Assembly (NCBI GenBank): GCA_002189035.1
Contig: NEEC01000130.1
Coordinates: forward strand, 1-32,202
Direction of reading: 5' to 3'
Source of the DNA: Utricularia gibba
Lineage: Eukaryota > Plantae > Magnoliophyta
DNA length: 32,202 bases
Shown here: piece by piece, positions 22,275 through 32,202 of the stretch
Layout: every line of letters starts with the position of its first letter
Numbering within the stretch: the first letter of the stretch is position 1
Made by a program: the position numbers and the translations under genes
Notes under the pieces: generated by a model
What the model was told of the DNA's origin: nothing
Seen by the model: only the letters and a program-made list of their open reading frames with translations
The model's database searches: none

Positions 22275-23067
22275 TTAATTTATAAAACTATGTGAAAATG
22301 TTTGAATAATTCCCACTTGCAATTTAATAACCATTTCAAATCTCGGTAATCCATCACGCTCGATTCTAGCCTAGCTGACGTATTCCATAATTAACACACT
22401 GTTTTTAATATTAGAAATTAATGTCATTAAGAAGACCAAAATGTATTCGTAGCTAATTAATGATATTCTTTTTCATTTATAAATAAGGATATTGATAATC
22501 ACCCTTTCATTCTTTCCAACACATTAATCAAAATTTTTTATTGAAAATGATCATTTTTTCACATAATTAAGAAAGGACAATCAGATTAATAATAAAATAA
22601 TAAGAAAATGGTTATGGTACAATTTATCTCACACATTAAATTTAAATTTTTACACTAAAAGTAGCCACTTTTATCATAATGATCCAATGTTGATGGGGGA
22701 GAGCATGCTTACTTTTTAATAAATTCATAATTGACAATTTTTCTAATAAAAAAATAAACTATATATTTGTGGTGGTTACGTAACTTTAAATGTTATATTA
22801 AAAAATAGATGTTTCTAAGAATTTTATAATAAAAAAATAAAAAATATGTATTGAATATTTATTGTCTTGCTTGGTAAACTCAACCGCGACGTGACGCCTT
22901 GATGTTTTCTCCGTGGGTGGTGAAAAGGGCGTATTTTCGTACGCGGAGGACTGAAGGAAAATTCTCCCTTCTCCGCCGTGTTGCCTGGTCAAATCCGGCC
23001 AAATACTTGCATATAAATTTGGAACCGCGCCGCTGATTTTTCTGTCTCACCACGCGCGGGGATTCCG

Positions 23068-23553
23068 ATGGGGAACCACATCTCGTGCAGATTAGGAGCC
23101 GCCAAGTCCACCAGGGTGATTCTCCCCGGCGGCGAAGTGCGCCAGTTCAAGGAACCGGTGACGGCGGCGGATCTGATGCTCGAATCGCCTAATTTCTTCC
23201 TCGTGAACTCACGATCGTTGAGGATAGGGAGGCGGTTGTCGCCGATTGCCGCGGATGAGGATCTCGAGTTCGGAAACCTCTATATTATGATTCCCATGAG
23301 GAGAGTTCATTCCGTAGCGACGGCGGCGGATGTCGCTGTTTTTATGATGGCTGGCAATTCCGCGTCCAGGAGGATCCAAGACCCCGCCGGCGTTTCAGGG
23401 GGCGCCAGGATATCGCCCGACACCACGGCGGTCGGAGGAGAGACAGGCAGTGGCGCCACGGAATTGAGTTACCCTGGGGAGTTGACGGAGTTCAAGTACA
23501 GGCTGTCGGTTTCCCGGTCGAAGCGGCCGGCGCTGGATACCATAACGGAATAG
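23068..23553 (+). CDS. DUF4228/PADRE-domain protein, 161 aa, single exon
   Basis: MGNHISC N-terminus (myristoylation/palmitoylation-like), TRVILPGGEVRQFKEPVTAADLMLESPNFFLVNSRSLRIGRRLSPIAADEDLEFGNLYIMIPM and C-terminal RSKRPALDTITE. Intact ORF. Confidence 0.9.
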   Translation: MGNHISCRLGAAKSTRVILPGGEVRQFKEPVTAADLMLESPNFFLVNSRSLRIGRRLSPIAADEDLEFGNLYIMIPMRRVHSVATAADVAVFMMAGNSASRRIQDPAGVSGGARISPDTTAVGGETGSGATELSYPGELTEFKYRLSVSRSKRPALDTITE

Positions 23554-24739
23554 CTGTTGAGATAATTTCTCCGCATGCGGTTGTATTTTAGATTTTTCTT
23601 TCTTTATGGAAATTTGTGTTTTTTAGGCCATTACACGAATTTTGAGTTGAATGTGAAATGTATATGATTTAATTAGATATATACACATATACATATATAT
23701 ATATTGATCATTAAATATTTTTTAATACAAAATTTAAATAATAGATATTATATAATTATTTTAAAATATTAAATAAACAAATGGAGCCAATGTGTGTATA
23801 TATATTCCTGTTATTAATTGAGAATAGAGTTTTCAATGTCAACTTCATGCATTTTTTAATCTAATTCACATATTTTGTGTCAATTTCAAATTTAATTTAT
23901 ACTAATTAACATATTAAAAGCCAAAAAAAAAAATAAGTATTTAAAAAATAGAAATTGAGCTACTGGAAACCATTTATGAAAGTATTTTATAGCTTTCTTG
24001 GGTTATTTATACAAAAAAGGCTAAACCTATTGGTGGACGTTTTTACTAATTCAAACGCACATTATTTTTGTATAATATTATTGGAACTAAATTTTATAAT
24101 TTTACATTATCATCTTTTGGAGATATTATTTAAATTAATAACATCATTCGTCCCTAATGAATGTGGAATATTATTTCTAGACCAAGGGCGTTACATATTT
24201 TTTTAGGTAATAAAATTACTCTATTATTTATTAAAATCCATTAGGGCGAATGGTGTGTTAGAGCATCAAGAAGAAAAAAACAATATCATTAAAAATATTC
24301 AACAATCAAGCAAGGGCCTAGCGCGTGGCCCTCCATTACTGGGGAGATAGGAGAGCGTGGGAAAAACGGCCGATGGGTGCGCGTAAAGATGGACGAGTGG
24401 CTCTTTCTCTTTGCAGCCATTGATGAGACCTTAAATCATCTGGAACCATAACCAGATCTCTTTGAATCATTTATTTGAGTAACCAAAGTCATAGGGAAAA
24501 TTCCGTTTCCATGTTCTTGTTCAGTACCTTGATACTGGGGAAGTAGTACAGGAAATCAGATGCGGAGAGATTGAGTTTTGTCCTTTTTTGTTGAGGAAGA
24601 TCTGAGGCATCCCAACTTGAGAAAAATGGAGTCTTGGTCATTTGCCGCGACCCCTTTTCTCTGTTGGGAAATTTGGAGGTTTCATTTTGCAATATAGTTT
24701 TTGTTCGAATTCTTGGTTCAATTCCAATCTGGAGTTTGG

Positions 24740-26758
24740 ATGGGAGCTGAAAGAAAATGTTTGTTCATCCTGTTTTCGGGTGCATTCGTTACCTTATTGA
24801 TCTTCTTGTCGCTTATTTCGGGCTTCAGTTACCCTTACTTCTCCGCATTCCCACCGGAAAAGTCATTTGTTCCAACGATTCACAAAGGGCCGGGCCTTCC
24901 TCCGGCATTCGCATACTACATTTTCGGCGGTCCTGGCGATGTGGATAGATTGTTCCGGCTGCTGCTCGCGTATACCATCCAGGAATAGATATTTGCTTCA
25001 TATTTCAGCTGATGGCAGCGATGACGAGAGGATTAGACTTGGGGCGTTGGTGAAAACAGTGCCCGCTCTTCGAGCATTTGGTAATGTGGATTTGATTGGG
25101 AAGCCTGATCCAAATACTCCACTGGGTTCCACGAATATTGCAGCTATCTTAAGAGCTGCTGCGATTTTGTTAAAGTTAGATTTTGGCTGGGATTGGTTTG
25201 TCCCTCTCAGTGCTTTGGATTATCCCTTGATTACCCAGGATGGTATGCTTTGTCTCTGTTGTGGATAAGAACCTTGCTTTCCTTTTGTTTTTGTTCATTC
25301 TAATATGGTAAATTGAATCTTTTTTGGACATTTTAATGCTGAATTGGATTTCTCTGCTGGATGAAATACTTAGCCTTCTGGTAACAACACAAATTGGTTG
25401 TTACTCCTGTAAACGAGCTCCATTACTTGATGTAGTCACCTTTTTACTAATTTGGAGTGTAACTTTTGGACATGATTGACTTATTGTAGGTCTATTATGG
25501 ATCCTGTTGGCTTAGTCTTACTGTTGTGAATTCTCGAGTTACCTTAGCAGTGATATGAAACTTCACCTGTCTGTGTTATGTTTACTGCAAATTTACAGAA
25601 CTTTTTCCCTTGCTAATGCGTTTGCACAATTTCCTGATGTATCTTCTCTTCTATAGAGCTTGGAAATGGTTAAAATATATCTTTTATTTGCAAGGGATTG
25701 CATTGTGCATAATCTACTCTTTGAGTTGCTTTTCAAATACACACTCTGTCAATCAAGTTTGCCAAAAGTAAAGCACGCTGCTAGAAGCTATCAGATATGC
25801 TTAAGTTCACGGATCTATCTGCAAATGAATGTTATCTGCTTGTTTTTTCACCTCCCCTGTGCAGCCATTGATCTGTTTACTTTGTGTTTGTTGTTTCAGA
25901 CTTGTCCCATGCGTTCTCCTCTGTTAGAAGAGACCTCAACTTCATCCAGCACACTAGTGATCTGGGATGGAAAGAGTAGGCAAAATCCTCTTCCCATATG
26001 TGGATTTCAACACCATTGAAAATGTTTTCCTAAAGTTTTCATGATCATCTCTGCAGGAATGACAGGATTCGGCCCATTGTAGTGATCCCTCTGTCTACCT
26101 TGCAAGGAAGTCACAAATCTTTCGTGCAACCGAAAAGCGGCCATTGCCTGATGCTTTCAAAGTCTACACAGGTACCATACCAAGTCCCTGTAATCCATCT
26201 CTCTCGATCCAAATGAAATGATCATATGTTGTTTCCTGCTAGGTTCGCCATGGTTTATCCTTAGTCGATCGTTCCTGGAGTTCTGTATTCTTGGCTGGGA
26301 TAACCTTCCACGCACCCTTCTCATGTATGCTAACAATGTCATCTTGCCCCAAGAAGTCTACTTCCATTCCGTCATCTGCAACTCCCCAGAGTTCAAGAAC
26401 ACTACTGTGAATCGGATTTGAGGTACTTCATCTGGGACGATCCTCCCAAGATGGAGCCTCATTTTCTCAGCAGCTCGAATTACGCCGGCATGGTTCGAAG
26501 CAGAGCGCTTTTGCTCGACAGTTCAAGGCGTATGATCCAGTTCTAGACATGATAGACAAGCGAATCCTCATGCGAGGCCGCAACCGCGTAACGCCTGGTG
26601 CTTGGTGCACTGGCAGTGGAAGCTGGTTCATGGATCCCTGCTCCAAGTGGAGGAGCAACATCAACGTTGTGAAGCCTGGATCTCGAGCCATGGAACTCCG
26701 GGAGTCCTTAGAGAAGCTTCTGGAGGAGCGGCAGACGCAGCACCATATCTGCACTTGA
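24740..26758 (+). CDS. Core-2/I-branching beta-1,6-GlcNAc-transferase family (GT14, GlcAT14-like glucuronosyltransferase). Exons 24740-25242, 25900-25975, 26057-26171, 26243-26758, with at least five 1-nt deletions in this sequence
   Basis: [14 protein letters not shown] + TM segment; [22 protein letters not shown][V]YHPRNRYLLH; [18 protein letters not shown]|[26 protein letters not shown]; [29 protein letters not shown]; [18 protein letters not shown]; PGAWC. The frame is restored by +G (24970), +C (24980), +G (26084), +T (26412) and +G (26507). Confidence 0.9.
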
Positions 26759-27954
26759 TTATTGCAGGTTCGGAAACACTTCCCACAAACAGGCTCAATG
26801 CCGTTCTTTGGATTTGTGAAGGTATCCTTTGAAGTGAAATCTTTAGAAGATAGAGGCTCAGGGAATGGAAGCTGCTGCTGCTGAGTTTTTTTTTTTTTTT
26901 TTCATTTTTTTGGGAGGATGAAGCTGTTGCTGTATAGATGACTCTGATTCTTTTTGATGAACTTGAGAGGAATTGTATCAGTGTACTTCCAGATTCTCAT
27001 TGATCATTTTGTTTGATGATAATTTAATTAATAATATGTTTAAATAATTTATGTTCAAATAAATACATTTGATGTTCTTAAAATTTAAAATATATTTGAT
27101 ATATGTATTTTTAATAGTCTTTCAAAATGATTGTTAATAAATGTATTTAAAATAAATCAAAAAAAATATTGTTTTACTAAAAAATTAATGCAAAAAAAAA
27201 ACCTAATGTGAATAACATAGTTATGCAAATATGATAAATATGTATTAATGAATTAAATAACAATTCATATGTAAAATTGAATATAAATATTCTATACTAT
27301 ATAATCAATCACTCTCTTAGTATTTATTGGGTTAACTCTAACTAACTAACATTAAAGTTTTAATAACTAATAACAATATTAATAATCCATTAATTGATAA
27401 ACTCAAATTAAATTGGGTTAATAGGCTAAAGTAATGTTTTGAAAATGTTTGAAGCTTATTTTATTTTTTGAAAATTACCAAAAATATTTTTAAATTTAGA
27501 TCAGCCGCAAATTAAATGATTTAAAATATAATAATTCATAATTTATTATATTTTTATAAAAAGTTTTAATTTAAAATAAATTTTTCAGGCATATTATTTT
27601 TTTTTTTTGTCCAAGAAAAGAAAACACAGATTTATTTTGACCAGAGAGAGACCAGAGTCATTGCAATGTGCAGGAATATCAGGCAGCATATCATTGGCAT
27701 CTATGAAATGAAATAAGATACAAACAGAAGAAAACAAATGAAAACGAGTAGCCTGGGAAAAAATCTTGTGCAAGTCTTTGGATTCCGGTGTGTGGTTGGT
27801 CGGCAAATTTTTTATTGGCTCGCCAGCGCCAACTGTAGAAAGCTCAGACGGAGCTCGCAGTGAAATACAAATACCCCACAATTCGTTTCTTGTTCCCATT
27901 GCAAAAATCAGTGACATTTTCGTAGCTGGGGCGGCCTTCGTTTCACACCTCTAA

Positions 27955-30649
27955 ATGGGCGATGGATATTCTTCGTCGAGGAGGGGCGGCGGAGCTGATG
28001 CTCCTTTGGCCGTAATTCGCGACATTCTTCGGATCTCCGGCGCCTGTAGTTTTCCGGGTGTCTTCAGGAAGGAGTGTGTGGAGTTGGTCCGGAGAATCTC
28101 GCTTTTGACTCATTTTCTTGAGGAAATTTGGGATTCCGAGAAGAATCGAGGGATTGCGAGATGGGTGGTTCCTCTTCGAACCGCTCTTGCTTTGCCGATT
28201 TGACTCTCGTGCTCCACGACGCCAGAAGGCTGCTTCTTGCCGCTGCCAACAACTTCGATTTTGCAGAGGACGCTTCTGTGAGTAGTCTCTTTCAGATTTC
28301 GCTCCTGCATTTGCTTCTCGGGTCAACCCTTTATCATGTTAAACTCCTAACTTCCCAGAAATGTTGTTAAGTTGCCTATTTCTGTGGCTTAAGCCTTGAG
28401 AGAGCGCTGATCTAAGCCTCTTCCTTCATGCATTCCGGTCCAGTTGGAACTTTCATGATGCTTTAGAAGCAGGGTTCTTGCTGAAATCGACAGATACCTA
28501 GCAAGAATCTGGCATCGGCATCGTTTTCCCTCTGCTTTTTAGGGAGTTTTAACCTTGGGAGGATGAAGTGAAACATTTCACGTGGGGTTGGTTTATGTCG
28601 GAAACTTTTCCCTCTGCATCTGGCTGTTGCTCTCGAACTTCCTTTTCGAGATTAGGTAGTCACTGAGGGGGACGAATCAGGCCAAGTTGGATAAGATGAT
28701 GCTTACTGTTTGAATCATTTGAGACCATTAGTGTGCTTGCTTAACCGAATAAGCGCGCACCCATGTTGCTCCAAACTGGCATGTTCCTACAAGCCTCAGC
28801 ATACTCCTCTGTCTGCTTATTTCTTGTCTTGACTTTGGGTGTGCATTTTAACACCATCCATTGAAGCTTACTGTTGTTTCTTGTTCAAGGTCATGTGCAC
28901 AAGAGAATCGCCATCCGATTTCGGGGGTGACGATGGAGTGGAGAAAGCACTGCTGAACTTTCCATATCAGTCTTTTGAAATATCAGAAGATGTGCAAGAC
29001 CAGGTTAGTAATAGCTCTTCTTGAACTTTCACCAGGCCAATGGAACTTTTCTGTAACTGGATCTAAGCTGTTGTGTATCCTTGTCGTCTCAGATTAAACT
29101 TATCCGGTCGCAGTTGAGACGAGCAGTCGGAAAATACAGCAGTTCAGATTCGAGCTTAGTACCACCGCCTTCAGATATTGAAGCTGATCTATCTCTACTT
29201 AGCAGCAGGGTAGCTAAAGTTCGAATTGAGGTTACAAAGAATGTCAATATCAAGTTCAGCCAGAGGCAGATGCTCTTGTGGAAAGCAAGGATTCTGAGGC
29301 CAGTGGAACGGATGAAGGTGCAGATGATAAGGGAAGCTTAAGTGAGACTAATGCTCATGAGAATTCCAAGAAAATGATGGCCGAAAAGGCAACTAGAAAG
29401 TGAAGAGGAGAGCAAGGCTCTAGGCTGCTCCCATCATTCACTTGTGATTCCTGTTGATTTCCTCTGCCCTATTTCACTTGAGCTCATGAAGGATCCTGTG
29501 ATCGTTGCGACTGGCCAGGTTCGAATCGAAAGTTAATCTTCTTCAGGGTTATTTCAGATTCTGCTTCATCTGACTCAACTGTAACATATTTCAGACATAT
29601 GAGCGATCTTGCATTCAGAGATGGATAGACTGTGGCAACAAGACATGCCCGAAAACTCGGCAGAAGCTATGGCACCTCAGTTTTACTCCAATCATCTGCT
29701 AAGGCGTTTGATATCCCAATGGTGTGTCAAGAACAATGTGCATCTCCCCACTGCTCTCATTGATGGAAAGATAAGACAGAGTGATGGCTCATTTCGGAAT
29801 ATCACTGGTAACATAGCAACTATCCGGGATCTTGTTCGTACCCTCTCTAGATCGACGGAGGATCTCCGGGCGGCAGTGGCTGAGATAAGATCACTCTCCA
29901 GGAGAAGCACAGACAACCGGATATTGCTAGCAGAAGCCGGAGCTATCCCGCTTCTAGTTAACCTGTTGCCATCTCAGGACGCTGGAATTCAGGATAATGC
30001 CATAACATGCATCCTGAATCTTTCTATATATGAGAGCAACAAGGAACTCATAGTGCTTGCAGATGCCATTCCATTGATCGTTAGAGTTCTCAGTACCGGA
30101 AGCATGGAAGCAAGAGAGAATGCAGCTGCCACCCTCTTCTGTTTATCCCTTGTAGATGAGAACAAGATCACAATCGGCGCGTCCGGAGCTATTCCAGCGC
30201 TGGCCTGCTTGAGAGTGGAACCCCAGGGGAAGAAAGATGCTGCAACCGCATTATTCAGCCTGTGTGCATACTCCCGGAACAAGGGGCGAGCCATCAAGGC
30301 TGGCATTGTACCTCCGCTACTGAACATGCTTACAGACGCACAAATAGCTTGGTGGATGAATCCCTGACCATGATAGCAGTCCTTGTAGCTACCGTGAAGC
30401 GAAATCAGCGATAGTGAAAGCCAACATGATACCTGTCTTGACTGGACTTGTGAGTACAGGCTCACCTCGCAACCAGGAGAATGCATCCGCCATTCTGCTT
30501 TCTCTGTGCAAGAAGGATAAGGAAAGCCTCGCCTCTGCCCGCCAACTCGGTGTAGTCGCCCCTCTCTTCGAGCTCACCAAAAACGGCACGGAAAGAGCAG
30601 GAGGAAAGCACTGCAGTTGCTGGAGATCCTGGCCAACACACCTCAGTGA
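27955..30649 (+). CDS. Plant U-box/ARM E3 ubiquitin ligase with UND domain, PUB10/PUB11-like. Exons about 27955-28277, 28890-29003, 29093-29518, 29595-30649, with multiple frameshifts
   Basis: UND: [22 protein letters not shown]...[21 protein letters not shown]|[12 protein letters not shown]-box: [24 protein letters not shown]|[24 protein letters not shown] repeats: [28 protein letters not shown]...[21 protein letters not shown]...[31 protein letters not shown]...[10 protein letters not shown]...[14 protein letters not shown]. Confidence 0.9.
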
Positions 30650-31539
30650 TTAACAGGTTCTTCTTTCTTCTTCCCTGAGAACACTATATTTAACTGTTCA
30701 AGGGCATGATTGGATTCGACTGGACAATGGGGGAGACGAACCAAAGCATGATGTATTTGCCAAAATGCTTTGTGGGTTCGCCATATTGGATTGCTATTCT
30801 TCATTCCCTTCATTCTTGAAGCTCTGTGAAATGCCTTGTTACCATGGCTGGCTACTACAACTGCTGAGTCTTTCATTGTTCCTGCTTTCTGAGATGATTG
30901 AAATGAAAGTAATGCAACTCACTGTTCATGTAATGGTTGAAGCGACAAGCACAGCACCCAAAAGAAACAGCAAAGTATAATTTATATATCAAATAGATGT
31001 AATTACATTGTTTAAAAAACCACTATTCTATTGTGATTTAATTATGTTAGATCAAGAATTGTACATGATAGAAAATGGATGAAAATCAAACTACTGTTGC
31101 ATAAAAAATAAATCTTAATCTAATCATGATTCAACTACTATTTAATTACGATTATCTATTTTTTTAAAAAGAATGTGCTTAATCAAGATTGAATCACTCA
31201 AATTGCGAACAATTGTAAATCACGATTTAAAACATTGTGTAATTCTGAATACATAATAGAAGCGTACGTGTTAAATATAATTTAAAAAACACAAGGCATC
31301 GTAGGGCTATTACTAATTAAACACTAAAAAGGGTTGAGAAATCCCAGGAGTTACGTAACGCATTTTGGTTCGTCCTCTTTGGCATTAATCTAACTGCACT
31401 GATCAAAGAGTACTTTATTTCAGAGTCAAATGCCGGTTCTGCGAAGGAAGTAACTGAATCTCAGGGCTCTGGCTAGGGTTTTTTATGTAGTGAATGATAG
31501 AGCTCGTACCTGGATTGGATTGAGGGAGAGAAATCACTC

Positions 31540-32202
31540 ATGGGAAACAGCATCGGAAATAGAAGAATGGCGGTTGTGGTGAGAACCAACGGGGACACTT
31601 TCAGATTGCCATGTCCGATACAGGCGGGAAAAGTGCTTGCAAATTATCCGGACACGTTTTGTTGGAGTCAGAGGAGGCGCGGCGCCGTGGAATCGGAGCT
31701 ACCTGATGGATCCGGATGACGATCTTGAGCCGAAGCGGATCTACTTTCTGATTCCGAAATCGGAGTTTCCAGAGGAGAGTAGGATTTTGACGAAATCGAG
31801 ATCGGAAGTTCGTCTGAGTGCCAGGGAGAGGCTGGAGAGCATCAAGATGCGGAGGTCGGCGCCGGCGATGCGCATCGCGATGGCTCCGACAGACGTTTCT
31901 GGAGTTCGGGTGACTATCCGAGTGAAGAAATCGGAGTTAGAAAGGATGCTGCGCGAGGACGGATACGGCAAGGAGCGGCGGCGGCCGCCCCGCTCAAGAA
32001 GCCAAGAACTCCGATCGTCGATCGCCTCAGGTTTCGTTTGCTCCAACTTCAATTCACGTAAAACTTCAAAACAAGGGTTTCGCTATCGGCTTTTTCATTC
32101 AAAAAGCAGAGAACTTGAATGTCTCCGTTGGTTCGTTCATGTTGCAGAGGCACAGTGGACTTTGTACCATCAACGAAAGTGACATCAAAATGCATGCTAC
32201 CG
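31540..32202 (+). CDS. Second DUF4228/PADRE protein, At1g66480-like subclade. Frameshifted; probable intron 32031-32147; 3' end likely beyond the window
   Basis: MGNSIGNRRMAVVVRTNGDTFRLPCPIQAGKVLANYPD[H]VLLESEEARRRGIGAT[L]MDPDDDLEPKRIYFLIPK...LSARERLESIKMRRS...GVRVTIRVKKSELERML parallels the family pattern MGNSLGGKKTAKVMKIDGETFKLKTP...HVLLESE..LEPKRLYFL..SAKDRLESL. It needs +C near 31653 and 31703. Confidence 0.8.

Noticed and set aside
23675-23806. Inverted TA/CA-rich arms downstream of PADRE-1 (possible miRNA hairpin)
   Set aside because: Microsatellite-like low complexity with short pairing; no known miRNA sequence.

Overview
AT-rich, gene-dense plant (eudicot-like) nuclear DNA with 10 protein-coding loci in 32 kb and many short introns (57-100 nt). 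In order: plastid ribosomal protein uL15c (-, 3'-truncated), 23-exon cytosolic glutaminyl-tRNA synthetase (-), DUF1639 protein (-), a divergent PIF-subfamily-like bHLH gene with an N-terminal 99-bp/33-aa tandem repeat and a non-canonical basic region (-), a BBX27/At1g68190-like double B-box + CCT-like gene (+), tau-class GST (+), DUF4228/PADRE gene (+), GT14 core-2/I-branching glycosyltransferase (+), PUB10/11-like U-box/ARM E3 ligase (+) and a second DUF4228/PADRE gene (+, probably 3'-truncated). Intergenic DNA holds MITE-like foldbacks, a Ty1/copia RT relic and GC-rich non-coding islands, two of which share a ~50-nt module. At least six genes carry frameshifts, mostly repairable by one base in a short homopolymer, which most likely reflects an unpolished long-read consensus rather than real pseudogenes. 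No rRNA, tRNA, snRNA or CRISPR was recognised. The best novelty candidate is the repeat-bearing atypical bHLH, together with the regulatory interval it shares with the divergently transcribed B-box gene. All family calls come from recalled motif similarity; no database search was run.
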